DNA of 63,179 nt, the filler included, from Octopus bimaculoides (lineage: Eukaryota): assembly GCF_001194135.2 (NCBI RefSeq). It is 7 parts of 6 records of this genome, joined end to end, with 100 filler letters (N's around TTAATTAATTAA, not from the genome) between each part and the next. Parts side by side here need not be neighbours in the genome. Positions count along the whole stretch, not along the records: positions 33,997 to 51,637 come from NC_068992.1; positions 51,738 to 55,390 come from NC_068988.1; 5 more parts are not named here. The stretch is one strand, 5' to 3'. The position numbers and the translations under genes are program-made. This document shows, one piece after another, positions 39,421 through 52,115 of this stretch. How positions within the stretch are numbered: position 1 is the first letter of the stretch; every line of letters begins with the position of its first letter. The notes below the pieces were generated by a model. The model was not told the origin of the DNA. It was given only the letters and a program-made list of their open reading frames with translations, and made no database searches.

Positions 39421-39909
39421 GCAGAAAAGAAAAGGCAAACAGTTTGGCAAGACTTGGCAAGGACATTCTACTTAGCTGTATAATAAAAGGTTTAGATAGT
39501 TTCTGACAGCTGTTTCTAGGATATCCCAGCTATTGGAACATCGTGCCGAGCGAGGATTCCATAGGCTGAGTATAACGTCATTGGAGAGAGATAGGTTAGA
39601 CATATGTAACAGTGGAAAAAAAGAAAATTCTTCATCAATAATAATTATTGCGATTCATTATGTCTAGAAAAGGAGGAAAAATCCAATTAAATCCATTTAA
39701 GACGAGTATTCATTAGTTTTATAGTAATCCATGGCAAGGGGAAATGGATGCTAGCACTTGCAAAGTTGGACAGCTCCAAGTTTATCCAACTTTGATACTT
39801 CTAGCATCCATTTTTTTTTACCACAGTAGCTATCAGAGACTAGCTGTCAGAGACTATCGAAACCTTTTATTATACAGCTATAATCTTGCCAAACTGCCTT
39901 TTCTGTTCT
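39421..39909. repeat. Fold-back element: outer arms 39421-39525 / 39826-39909, inner hairpin 39742-39813
   Basis: AGCTGTATAATAAAAGGTTT.GATAGT.TCTGACAGCT and its reverse complement; inner TGGATGCTAG...CAAAGTTGGA / TCCAACTTTG...CTAGCATCCA. Confidence 0.85.
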
Positions 39910-39943
39910 AAAACGGGATAGGACATGGAAAAGTGTCATTTAT

Positions 39944-40078
<135 letters not shown>

Positions 40079-40082
40079 TAAC

Positions 40083-40855
40083 AGTGGACATCCGTTATGC
40101 TTGAAGTAGACCACCTATGGTCTGACCATAAAGAAAAAATGTTCTCAAGAAAATTCAGCAAATACCAGAGCGTAAGCGAGCAAGACAAATGAAAAGATAC
40201 AAAATATAAAGATTAATCATAGACCGGTTTCGTTGTTAACTACTTAAATAATTGTCTGCAGCTCTTCAATATGATCGTCTTGACAATATAATTTGCAGAA
40301 CTATACACGAGACGTTCGCATGAGATTGAACATGTATACAGTTCTACCAATTACATTTGGGGTTACATTTCAAAAGTCTTCGTCCTGGCGCGCCAAATAC
40401 CGGAAATAATTCTGCAGAAAATAATTCTCTGCAGCGAATTTTGCCGGTTAGAGGACATGGTTATTTGAATTTAAATAATACGGGTGAAAATTGAATATTA
40501 ATTTGATTAATATCAATTTAAAACCAGTGACCTAGCATACTGAAAAATCTGAAGATTCAGAAAAGTTATATTACATACATATAAGAGAGATGACCACTAA
40601 GTGGACATCCATTATGCTAGAAGAAGACCACCTATGGTCTGACCACTAAGAAAAGATTGTTCTCAAGAAAATTCAGCAAACACCAGAAAGTAAGCGAGCA
40701 AGACAAATGAAGAGATACAAAATATAAAGATTAATCATAGACCGGTTTCGTTGTCACCAGATTTTTCGTTGTCTTCAGATTTTTCAATATGCTAGGCCGC
40801 TGGTTTTAAATTGATATTAATCAAATTACTATTCAGCTTTTCACCCTTATTATTT
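40083..40855. repeat. Composite: direct repeats 40083-40236 / 40600-40754 and inverted arms 40473-40555 / 40772-40855
   Basis: Direct copies AGTGGACATCC...CATAGACCGGTTTCGTTGT; inverted arms GGGTGAAAA...ATTTGATTAATATCAATTTAAAACCAG...AAAAATCTGAAGA. Confidence 0.85.
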
Positions 40856-41350
40856 CAGGGTGAATTTGATCAGATAAAATGCTTAGTCTTGACTATTAAT
40901 TCTGCCATGAAGGAGAACCATTAGGCCGGCGGATTTCCAACATATAGCTCCTCCCACCGATCATCACAGATCCCCCTCCATGTTTAACAGTTGGAAGAAG
41001 GCAGTCTGGGTCATATGTTTCTTTTGGCTGTCTCCACATGTATGCTTGGCCGGTGGTCGGAAATAAGGTAAAAGATGACTCGTCGGAGAAAATAACATTC
41101 TTTCAATGCTCTAGGGACCAATTCTGTAGGTTTTTACTAACGCTTTGCAACGTTTGTTTTTGAAAGTAGTGGTTTTCTGATTGCAGCTCTCCCGTGAAAT
41201 CCGGCTTTGTGCAGCTCATGGTGAACATGTTTTGTGGAAACTAGGTTCTCGTGGTGGTCATTAAGCGCTGCCGTAATTCTGAGAGCTGTGCTTTTGTGAT
41301 CCTTTCTAACAATTCGCATAATAGTGCGACGGTCCCTATCTGAAAGTTTT
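40856..41350 (-). mobile_element. Tc1 (DD34E-type) transposase remnant
   Basis: KLSDRDRRTIMRIVRKDH...HELHKAGFHGRAAIRKPLLS...IFSDESSFTLFPT...PTVKHGGGSVM. Confidence 0.92.
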
Positions 41351-41963
41351 NNNNNNNNNNNNNNNNNNNNNNNNNNNNNNNNNNNNNNNNNNNNNNNNNN
41401 NNNNNNNNNNNNNNNNNNNNNNNNNNNNNNNNNNNNNNNNNNNNNNNNNNNNNNNNNNNNNNNNNNNNNNNNNNNNNNNNNNNNNNNNNNNNNNNNNNNN
41501 NNNNNNNNNNNNNNNNNNNNNNNNNNNNNNNNNNNNNNNNNNNNNNNNNNNNNNNNNNNNNNNNNNNNNNNNNNNNNNNNNNNNNNNNNNNNNNNNNNNN
41601 NNNNNNNNNNNNNNNNNNNNNNNNNNNNNNNNNNNNNNNNNNNNNNNNNNNNNNNNNNNNNNNNNNNNNNNNNNNNNNNNNNNNNNNNNNNNNNNNNNNN
41701 NNNNNNNNNNNNNNNNNNNNNNNNNNNNNNNNNNNNNNNNNNNNNNNNNNNNNNNNNNNNNNNNNNNNNNNNNNNNNNNNNNNNNNNNNNNNNNNNNNNN
41801 NNNNNNNNNNNNNNNNNNNNNNNNNNNNNNNNNNNNNNNNNNNNNNNNNNNNNNNNNNNNNNNNNNNNNNNNNNNNNNNNNNNNNNNNNNNNNNNNNNNN
41901 NNNNNNNNNNNNNNNNNNNNNNNNNNNNNNNNNNNNNNNNNNNNNNNNNNNNNNNNNNNNNNN

Positions 41964-42007
<44 letters not shown>

Positions 42008-42008
42008 A

Positions 42009-42775
42009 TCTGTATAAGTATATTTCTCACGAATGCTGCTTCCTTTCTCTCTCTTTCTTGATATGACATGCAATTGCTTACATTTTGTTTAAAACTTAGT
42101 CGCTGTAAAGTTTGCTTTCATTTTGTGACAGACAGCTATCACACAGAAAATGCTAACTTCCAAATCCTGTTTTCTGATTCAGTAAAAATTATCAAACTTT
42201 AAACGTCTGACACTTTTTCTATAATTTTTCTGGAATGAATGAATAACAAAATCGGATTAAGTGTGAAAAATTACATCAATGCATCAAATTTGAAGATTTT
42301 CACTTGATCTTAAGATTTCAAAATCTGTGACATCAACATATCTGTCTCTCTCCGAGCATAGGATGCATCGATTAGATGATGAGCGTTTCAGTCGCACAGA
42401 TTCAAGAGAGCATGTCCCATTTCAATTCAAACGACTCCAGTTTTCAGTGAATCTTCGTTTTGGCATAACTACCAACATATTGCAAGGGCAAACATTTTCA
42501 GTTGCCAGTTTACACCTTGGAGATCCCTACTTTACCCATGGTCAGCTTTACGTTGGCTATTCAAGAGTAGGAGGTAAGAAAAATCTTTATACATATGCAC
42601 TAAGTGAAAAAACAAAATAATTTCATTTATCGAGACAATATGAATTAGCCCCAAATAATGCAGAAATCCGCCCTGATCAAAAGGCGTACCTGTCGGGGGA
42701 AGACATGGTCTGACATGGAATCGAAAAAAATTGAAATAAAGGCATTCTATCCGGCAACGACGAGCTACTCAGCTA

Positions 42776-42776
<1 letters not shown>
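42009..42776 (+). mobile_element. Non-autonomous Helitron retaining the helicase C-terminus
   Basis: A|TC start and CTAG|T end; ORF 42327-42620 HVPFQFKRLQF...QGQTF...YFTHGQLYVGYSRVG matches the Helitron Pif1-like helicase C-terminal motifs. Confidence 0.85.
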
Positions 42777-42811
<35 letters not shown>

Positions 42812-43329
42812 NNNNNNNNNNNNNNNNNNNNNNNNNNNNNNNNNNNNNNNNNNNNNNNNNNNNNNNNNNNNNNNNNNNNNNNNNNNNNNNNNNNNNNNNN
42901 NNNNNNNNNNNNNNNNNNNNNNNNNNNNNNNNNNNNNNNNNNNNNNNNNNNNNNNNNNNNNNNNNNNNNNNNNNNNNNNNNNNNNNNNNNNNNNNNNNNN
43001 NNNNNNNNNNNNNNNNNNNNNNNNNNNNNNNNNNNNNNNNNNNNNNNNNNNNNNNNNNNNNNNNNNNNNNNNNNNNNNNNNNNNNNNNNNNNNNNNNNNN
43101 NNNNNNNNNNNNNNNNNNNNNNNNNNNNNNNNNNNNNNNNNNNNNNNNNNNNNNNNNNNNNNNNNNNNNNNNNNNNNNNNNNNNNNNNNNNNNNNNNNNN
43201 NNNNNNNNNNNNNNNNNNNNNNNNNNNNNNNNNNNNNNNNNNNNNNNNNNNNNNNNNNNNNNNNNNNNNNNNNNNNNNNNNNNNNNNNNNNNNNNNNNTA
43301 TATATATACACACACACAAACACACATAT

Positions 43330-43480
43330 ATATTCTGTTGTGTCTGGGAGAGTCATTCTCTTTTAGTGCCTTACAATTTAACACATTCGCCGGTAAAATT
43401 TCCACTCATTTACTTATTTATTTTTCTAAAATTTTCGTTGCGTCCTGCTACCTTTTCAATAGTTGTTGACTCTGTCCGTT
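43330..43480 (-). repeat. Short repeat (family E), copy 2, with U3-A8 hammerhead-like motif at 43426-43462
   Basis: Minus strand CTA-TTGAAAA-G-GTAGC-aggac-GCAAC-GAAA-ATTT-TAG. Confidence 0.65.
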
Positions 43481-43999
43481 ATTCATGCTGCGTTCTTTTT
43501 GTTTGTTTGTGTTCATGTTTGTGTGTTTTTTTTATGTATGTGCGTTTGCATGTATGTGTGCATACCTCTGTCTCCTTGTGTATGCATGTCTGAGTGTGTT
43601 TGTGTGTGTGTATAGGTTTTTGTGACTATGTACTGCGTCTGTATGTATGTATATGTATCTCCCTATATGTGGACATGTATCTCCATGTGTGTCCTTGTAT
43701 GAAGTGAAGTGTGTGTGTATATAGTCATGCATCAGTCTTCATTTGTGTATGTGTGTGTATGTGTGTGTATGTGTGCTTGTCTGTTCATATAACCTATGTA
43801 CCTATCCGTATGTATGTCTATCTGTTTACTTCCATACATGTGCATATACACATATATATGCCCACGCACATACATACACCTATCTACATACCAGCCCACT
43901 AACTATTCATATTGTGGGTATGGTTGTGTGATTGTCTACTATGTATATTTCCTATTCAGTACCAGGGATGTTTCATTTATGAGGACTTACTCCTGTATT

Positions 44000-46250
44000 T
44001 TTCTGAGTGTTGGGCCCTTTGGGTGTTTGGATAAAAGGTGGATGTTAAGCCGACCTAGGTTGCCTCCATGTTGGTCTTTGGCATGTTGGTAGAGTATGGA
44101 GGACTGTTTTTGTCGTCATATTGTCTCAAATGTTCATTTAGCCTTTCCGCAAAGCTCCTAGATGTCTCCCCTATGTATGTCATGTTCATTTCTTTACAAG
44201 CACTTTCTATGCATCTTATACTACATTTCTAGTTCTACAGTAAATGCCAGGGCTAATCCTACATACCATGCAGTTATCATTGGTGCATATGGTATTCTCA
44301 AAGGGGTACGTCCTACATGGTTGTGATCTGATGGAGTTCCCTGGCTTTTCAACAATCCTTATGTTGAGTTTGGTCTCCTTCAGAACTTTCCTAAATCTAC
44401 GGGCTAGTTCTCCATGGGCTGTGGCTTCTATAAACATCATTCCTTGATATTTGTGAGTTTTATACCATGTGTTCATCCAGTTTGCTTTGTCACAAGCCCT
44501 TTGTATCCTATTCCAGTCTTTACTTCTATATCTAGGGCAGGTACCACTGGTCTCATTACATATAATGTTACTAACATCCTTCTAGCACCTTTGTATACTC
44601 GAACCCTATCTTTCTGATCATATCCAGAGAATTGCATGCGGTGCATGAAGTTCTGTACGTGTTTTTCGTTTCATAGGGTTTGCATAGTGGGGACACGTTG
44701 TTCATTATCCTAACTTAGTCTGCTATCAGTATGTTAATTTTCATGTGTGACAAAGCTGAGTTCTTATGAACAACATATTTCGAAGGTATGGGTTTCATGT
44801 AATAGGAGTGGAGGAGCTGCACTCTATTGTTCACAGTCTCTAACCAAATTTCAGTATCAAGGACGGGGAGTCTATTGTTGGGGTGCCTAGTGAGGTAATC
44901 TATAGTTACCTTGATGCTTTGGTGGATGGAGTTAGCTACTTGCTGGATGCTCTCAATTATGTTCCTCTCAGTTTCTACATTACCATTACTAGAGTTGGTC
45001 TTAACTATGATATTAATATCATCTACATACTTACTGTAAAGTAAAAGAGTTGGGGACTGTTCTGCTAAGGATTGCTTAAGTTTTCTGTCCCACCAGGTCA
45101 TGAAGAGGCCGGCCACATATCCAGCTACACCGACACCACTGGCTGCACCTTGAACTTGCATGTATAGTTGCTTGTTAAACTTTAATATGTGGTTCTTCAT
45201 GGTGGTTCTTACACTAGCCCCTACTGCATGTGCAATCATTCCTGTCACCTGATTGTTGTTCTCAGGGTTTGGGGTGGGTATGGTCCAGCCACTCCAGCAC
45301 TCTGCGATGCTTTTCTTCACTGCTGAGGTGATGGTGACCTGGTGGGGCAGAATCTACTGAGGTCATGGTCGTCTAAATAGTCACTGTCGTAGCTTAGTCT
45401 AAGGAGAAGGCCCAGTTTCCTCGTGTTGATTTCACGGAACTCTACTTCACTCTCACAGATTGTATCAATGCATTTCTTCACAACAAAATCTATGTCTATA
45501 GATGGGTAGAGTGGAATCACATCCATACTACTCACTTCACAACCTGTGAGGTCGTTGGAGTGGTCGCATGTACTGATTTTACTGAGGAGATTTTCCGTGC
45601 TTACACACATCTAGGGACATTTCTATGAGAGGTCGTAATACATGTGAGAGGAAGTGGGGCAGTCTATAATTGCTGGAGTTATTCACTCCACAAACTGGTC
45701 TGGTTGGGTGCCCCATGACAGGGTTTATGTAGGATTTGTGGTCTTTGTGTAACACGTATAGTGTAGGAACATCATTGTTGGATGCTTGGAAATTGTGTGC
45801 AGTCAGTTTTTTAGGTTGGAGTATGTTGCACCACATTCTCATATGGTCATTGAGGAGATTTTCCGCTCTTTCATGTTCCTGTGGTGCAACTTCTCTCATG
45901 CTACTGATGTGTTGTTGCATGGTCTGCACATTGTCCTGTGGGCTGTCTATTGAAAGTCTGCCAGATTTGTCCGTAGAGAGACACACAAATTCCCTGTTCT
46001 TAATTCGCTGTTTCAGTTTTTTTCAGTTCTTGTTGGCCTTTGGCAACAGATGAACTGAGTTGGTGGGTTCCCTCCTCAGTATGTTTTTTAGTGGATTTGT
46101 TGTACCGGTCTAAGATGTGTCGGAGTCTATTTCTAGCTAAAGAGATCTTTGCTTCTGTTTCACTGTCAATTTGGGATGAAATACATACCCTTTTGTTGAA
46201 GGGTCAGTCTGTGGGGTAGATCCTCGTCATACTATTTGCTGTAAGGGTTA
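44000..46250 (-). mobile_element. Near-complete frameshifted Penelope-like element
   Basis: ORFs 45579-45986 (VPTLYVLHKDHK...RPVC), 45317-45610 (SMDVIPLYPSID), 44715-45320 (YMQVQGAASG...YSKYVDDI...LPVLDTEIW), 44216-44476 (CTNDNCMVC...CRTRNVV), then TYIGETSRSFAERLNEH. Confidence 0.92.
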
Positions 46251-46261
46251 TAGAAGATAGA

Positions 46262-46530
46262 GTGCAGAGTGTTATTATCGTTGTGGTTGTTGTTGATATA
46301 GTTGCTGGCATTGTTGTTGCTGGTGGTGGTGGTGGTGGTGGTGGTGGTGCTGCTGCTGCTGCTGCTTGTGTTGTGCACGTTGTTGTTGTTGCTATTGTTA
46401 TGGTGGTGCTGGTGTTGATGTGGATGTTGGAAGTGGTGTGGATGATGTTGTTGGTATTGTTGTTTGTGTGTGGGATGTTCTCGTTGTTGTTGCTATTATC
46501 ATCGTTATTGTTGTTGTTATAATAATAGTT
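46262..46530 (+). repeat. Compound GTT/GGT/GCT trinucleotide repeat
   Basis: Direct reading. Confidence 0.9.
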
Positions 46531-46594
46531 TTTTCGGTTTATATATATATACTAACAGAGATACTCGGCCTAGCTCGGGATTATAATGGCAGTC

Positions 46595-46770
46595 ATTTTA
46601 TTGTTTTACTTCTTTCAGTCATGTGACTGCGGCCACGGTGAAGCACCGCCGCTGGTTGACAAATCGACCACAGAAATTATTCTTTGTAAACCTAGTACTT
46701 ATTCTATCAGTAATGAAAATGTAAACACAGCAACATCGGTTGTCAAGCAATGGTGGGGGTACAAGCACAC
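46595..46770 (-). mobile_element. SINE family A, 3' part
   Basis: TTTCAGTCATGTGACTGCGGCCACGG...AGCACCGCC...CTAGTACTTATTCTATC...GTTGTCAAGCAATGGTGGGG. Confidence 0.8.
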
Positions 46771-46811
46771 ACACGCATACGCACACGCACACGCGCACGC
46801 ACACACACATA

Positions 46812-46845
<34 letters not shown>

Positions 46846-47458
46846 TATACACATATATACGACANNNNNNNNNNNNNNNNNNNNNNNNNNNNNNNNNNNN
46901 NNNNNNNNNNNNNNNNNNNNNNNNNNNNNNNNNNNNNNNNNNNNNNNNNNNNNNNNNNNNNNNNATATGTATGTGTGTGTATGTGTGTGTGTGTGTGTGT
47001 GTATGTTCTCTCCCATATACAGAGAATATATAGGTTACAGAATCCAGGAAAACTGCATTGTGAGTTTATGGCTTCGAAGGACATTTGGTTCATCTGATAT
47101 ATGATTGTGTGTACTTGTGTGTATAAAGGCGCGTGTGTGCATTATATATGCACGTATGCATACATACATATTCAGGCATTCACATGTATGGAGGCGTTCA
47201 TTTAAATATGGCGTAGGTTTCATACTTCCTTCCTAAAACCTGTTATTTCATGAAAGAGTTACCTCCAAAGTAGAATAGAGTTGATTAATTACTTTGCTAA
47301 TTAACTTTTGAGAATAAATCGTCACAAATATGTTATCTGTCTTGCGATCATAAATGTAAACACACATAAGCGTACTATGTATATACTCATTTTGCCACAT
47401 GAAGGGTATACACACACATAATTACATAACTACATACACATACTCATATATGTATATT

Positions 47459-47507
<49 letters not shown>

Positions 47508-48056
47508 CATTTATGCGTGCATATATTCGTGTATATGTGTTGCGGCCTACGTTTCTGTACGTATGCAAGTGTACAACCTACATATATACACATACATTTT
47601 CTCACGTTTGTATGTATGTATATGTCTATATGTGAGCGTGCGCGCATGCATATGTGTGTGTAACTTAAGCAAATATGAGCAAAGATAAATGTCTCTGAGG
47701 ACCAGAGGCATGTGTTTGAACAACATTGACAGATACAGTTATCTAAAACACTATCTAACATATTTTTGTTTTATTAAAATCATTTCTGCTTCTAGAAGAT
47801 GTATCATAATTACCAAATGACAGCTAAAACTAGTTCCACTTCAGAAGGGGATATAATCTCAAGAAGCAAGAATTGTCCAAAGTTAAAATAAAAAAGACAG
47901 GATTATTATCTGGAGATAAGAGGACAAACGCGGAGACGTTTTTCTGGCTCAATAGCTGTCATAAGCATGACAGTTCTCAGATTTTATCTCCAGTAACCAA
48001 ATGACTTACACTTATACAAAAAGAGAGTAGAAAACATTTATATGTGCATGTATATA

Positions 48057-48140
<84 letters not shown>

Positions 48141-48145
48141 TATTA

Positions 48146-48758
48146 AAAAAGAAAGAGAAAATTGAGATTGGGTAGTTAATAATTGTTTATTATTAACAGC
48201 AAATTAATCATCTTCACTTACAGTTGTTTCAATTGATACTCAGTAAATATTAAGTAAATATTAAATTTATGTTTATATGACCTGAGCATAATATCTTCAG
48301 AGGCGAAAAAAAAATACCCTTGGATGTTTTATATATGTTCATGGATTAATTATACTAGACTGAATTATACGGTTTATGATTTGTATTGTTACATGTTCGG
48401 GTGAGGGGTTTATAGGTTGACTGGAGATAAGATAGAGACGGTAATTAGAGTTAGAACAATAAATTAATAAATTAGATAGAGATGATAGAGGCAATATGTT
48501 CGCCCTAACATATAACAATACAAATCATAAGCCGTATCATACAGTCTGCTACAATGAATCTATTAACACATATAAAACATTGAGAGATATATTTTTTTCC
48601 CCCTGAAGATATTATACTTAGGTCATATAAACATAAATTTGATATTTACATAATATTTACTGAGCATTAATTGAAACAGCTGTAAGTGAAGATGATTAAT
48701 TTGCTGTTAATAATAAACAACAATTAACTTCCCAATCCCCATTTTCTTTTTCTTCTTT
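48146..48758. mobile_element. MITE-like fold-back, arms of about 260 bp, spacer of about 90 bp
   Basis: 48146-48405 is a diverged reverse complement of 48498-48758. Confidence 0.85.
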
Positions 48759-48829
48759 TATATGTGTATATATAACTCATTTAATACCAACCCACCTAAG
48801 ACAATCTCTGGCTCTGTGATACAAATTTC

Positions 48830-49100
48830 CTGAAGCACTGGTGCTGGTACCATGTAAAATGCATCAGTGATGGTGCCACTTAAAAAGCATCCAGTACACT
48901 CTGTAAAGTCGTTGGTGCTAAGGACATCCAAGCCAAAACAGGCCATGGAACCTGGCAGGGCTCTTGGCCTTGTCAGCAGCTCCTGTCAAACTTCTGAACC
49001 CATGCCAGCATGGAAAACAGTATTAACTGATGAGGTGGAGGGGGAGGAGGAGCACGGATGCTGTGGCGGCGGCGGCGAAGGAGGAGGAGGAGGAGGAGGA
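48830..49100 (+). mobile_element. RTE 3' UTR-derived short element
   Basis: Ends AACCCATGCCAGCATGGAAAACAG...TTAACTGATGAGG, as in the RTE tail at 24720-24770. Confidence 0.6.
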
Positions 49101-49129
49101 GGAAAGTGATCTAAATTTATTTCTTTATT

Positions 49130-49335
49130 GCCCACAAGGTCTAAACATAGAGGGAACAAACAAGGACAAAGGGATTAAGTCGATTACATCGACCTCAGTG
49201 TGTAACTGGTACTCATTTAATCAGCCCTGAAAGGATGAAAGGCAAAGTCGACCTCGGCGGAATTTGAACTTAGGACGTAGCGACAGATTAAATTTCACCC
49301 TGTGTGCTAACGATTTTGTCAGCTCACCGCCCTTA
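49130..49335 (-). mobile_element. SINE family F
   Basis: Reverse complement of the GTTCAAATTCCGCCGAGGTCGACTTTGCCTTTCATCCTTTC body seen at 52560-52990. Confidence 0.8.
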
Positions 49336-49429
49336 AGAATGATCTAAATTAATGTTTTCCACCAAAATTTCATGCTACGAACACAAGTTTAATACTGACA
49401 AAGTCATTTTATTAAATACTTTGCCATTT

Positions 49430-49792
49430 GGCAAGTAAGTTCCCACCGTTTTATTTAATTTAATTTTTTTTAAAGGTTTAATAAAAAAAAAATAACAACT
49501 AATTAATCAATAATGTATTCACCCTTGTTGTTTACAACTTGGTGTGGCAGCACTTCCCAGCCATGCGTTTGAATGGCTTCCTTGGTCATATTGGCGATAT
49601 GAGGGCGGGCGTTGTCGTGCAGCAGAAGAACTCCATGCTGCCGATTAGATCTTTTCTCTTGAATAGCCGTGTTGAGACGTTCCATCTATTGAACATAGAG
49701 TTCCGTGTTGACTGTTTGGTTCCATTCAAGCAATTCATAATGGATAATCCCTTCCCAGTCCCACCATACGCACAACATCGTTTTACGAGGAT
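49430..49792 (-). mobile_element. Mariner transposase remnant, catalytic region with deletion
   Basis: RLNTAIQEKRSNRQHGVLLLHDNARPHIANMTKEAIQTHGWEVLPH joined directly to the terminal VVNNKGEYIID*. Confidence 0.9.
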
Positions 49793-51389
49793 NNNNNNNN
49801 NNNNNNNNNNNNNNNNNNNNNNNNNNNNNNNNNNNNNNNNNNNNNNNNNNNNNNNNNNNNNNNNNNNNNNNNNNNNNNNNNNNNNNNNNNNNNNNNNNNN
49901 NNNNNNNNNNNNNNNNNNNNNNNNNNNNNNNNNNNNNNNNNNNNNNNNNNNNNNNNNNNNNNNNNNNNNNNNNNNNNNNNNNNNNNNNNNNNNNNNNNNN
50001 NNNNNNNNNNNNNNNNNNNNNNNNNNNNNNNNNNNNNNNNNNNNNNNNNNNNNNNNNNNNNNNNNNNNNNNNNNNNNNNNNNNNNNNNNNNNNNNNNNNN
50101 NNNNNNNNNNNNNNNNNNNNNNNNNNNNNNNNNNNNNNNNNNNNNNNNNNNNNNNNNNNNNNNNNNNNNNNNNNNNNNNNNNNNNNNNNNNNNNNNNNNN
50201 NNNNNNNNNNNNNNNNNNNNNNNNNNNNNNNNNNNNNNNNNNNNNNNNNNNNNNNNNNNNNNNNNNNNNNNNNNNNNNNNNNNNNNNNNNNNNNNNNNNN
50301 NNNNNNNNNNNNNNNNNNNNNNNNNNNNNNNNNNNNNNNNNNNNNNNNNNNNNNNNNNNNNNNNNNNNNNNNNNNNNNNNNNNNNNNNNNNNNNNNNNNN
50401 NNNNNNNNNNNNNNNNNNNNNNNNNNNNNNNNNNNNNNNNNNNNNNNNNNNNNNNNNNNNNNNNNNNNNNNNNNNNNNNNNNNNNNNNNNNNNNNNNNNN
50501 NNNNNNNNNNNNNNNNNNNNNNNNNNNNNNNNNNNNNNNNNNNNNNNNNNNNNNNNNNNNNNNNNNNNNNNNNNNNNNNNNNNNNNNNNNNNNNNNNNNN
50601 NNNNNNNNNNNNNNNNNNNNNNNNNNNNNNNNNNNNNNNNGTACGTATGTATGTATGTATGTATGTACGTATATATATGTATGTACGTATGCATATATAT
50701 GTATATACTATATATATGTGTCTGTGTGTGTGTGTGTATATATACGTGTGTGTGTGTGTGTGTGTGTGTGTTTGTGTGTGTGTTTATATCTCCAGCGCGA
50801 TACATTATTTGCACGATGTGGAGAATATACTACCAGCATTGCTCAAACAACCTCGGCATTAACTTATAATGTGTGCTCTTTTTCACTGCGAGCGCTTGCA
50901 GAGTACACTTCACTGGCTGGGCCTCTAGGCTAATCCGCTTGTCGTGTTTCCTGAGGCAATGGCCCGCGTAACGAAGAACGACGAACTCACACCCCATGAG
51001 ATGGCTACAGAGAGCAACACCCTTCACCCTTGTGTATAGTGTAAATAAAACTATTTGAGAACCTGCGTTTTGCCTAAGGCTTCTTTCCTCGCCTGCTGGA
51101 GCTTTAAACAACACGAAGAACAAGAAATTAATGGGAGAAGGATATCTTCAACCGGTATCGAAAACCTAACCTCCCATTATAAATGGTGACCTCGACGTGA
51201 TTCGAATACGCAGCCTTCTGATCTTCTAGTTCTGGAAAAGAAGCTAAGATGAGTGAGTCTTCATGTGGCTGTTGTTGTGTCGTCGCTAGAACTGGCTATG
51301 TGCTCTGTGGTCAGTGGCTAGACCTCAGAAGGTCTGGAGCCAGAAGACGTTCTAGACAGCGTAAAGCTAGCGTTTTATATCGAGGTGTC

Positions 51390-51510
51390 GGCTCACAGGA
51401 AGTTTAGAAAAAACTGTCTCACGTGACCTTATCTGAAGGCTGCGTTGAATTGCATCTTGGCGCGCAATAGAGCAAGAGACAAATTGCGCCAATACCAACC
51501 AATCAGAGTA
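51390..51510. promoter_or_regulatory. CpG-rich promoter-like motif cluster
   Basis: ETS-like CAGGAAGT (51396), E-box TCACGTGAC (51419), E2F-like TTGGCGCGCAA (51457), ATTGCGCCAA (51483), CCAATCAG (51499). Confidence 0.35.
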
Positions 51511-51583
51511 GTGGACATAACACGGTCCAAAGGTGCAGCCGAAAGTCAGCTGTTATCTACTACGTCCGTATTTGTGTATATAT

Positions 51584-51637
<54 letters not shown>

Positions 51638-51869
51638 NNNNNNNNNNNNNNNNNNNNNNNNNNNNNNNNNNNNNNNNNNNNTTAATTAATTAANNNNNNN
51701 NNNNNNNNNNNNNNNNNNNNNNNNNNNNNNNNNNNNNCGTTCATCAGCACAGTATTGTCCCCAAAGTATATATAAATAAACAGAATTCTCACCTCACCAA
51801 AAACGAACACACTACGTATCCGACAGAGTAAAGGGAATGAAGTTTATCTGTATATATCTTCATCTCCCG

Positions 51870-52115
51870 CGAACATCTAGACCCCTTCCTCTCTTTTGTC
51901 AAATCTTTCCATCCTGCCCTCCACTTTTCCTGCACTATCTCTGACACTTCTGTCTCCTTTCTTGACATTTCGGTCAGCATTCATCACTCCACTCTTACCA
52001 CCTCCATCCACTACAAACACACAGACTCACACTCATACCTCAACTTCTCCTCTTCCCACCCTAAACACACCAAGCTTTTCATCCCCTATTCCCAATTCCT
52101 CCTTCTACATTGTCA
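51870..52115 (+). mobile_element. Penelope-like RT thumb fragment
   Basis: FLSFVKSFHPALHFSCTISDTSVSFLDISVSI...TSIHYKHTDSHSYLNFSSSHPKHTKLFIPYSQFL. Confidence 0.85.

Noticed and set aside
48655-48690. GAAAC-AGCT-GTA hammerhead 3' half in the fold-back arms
   Set aside because: Upstream CTGAGCA / CTGAGTA lacks G8 and there is no stem II.
50830-51240. Possible minus-strand exon pair (LEDQKAAYSNHVEVTIYNG) and plus ORF MARVTKNDELTPHEM
   Set aside because: Weak donors, early stops, no support.
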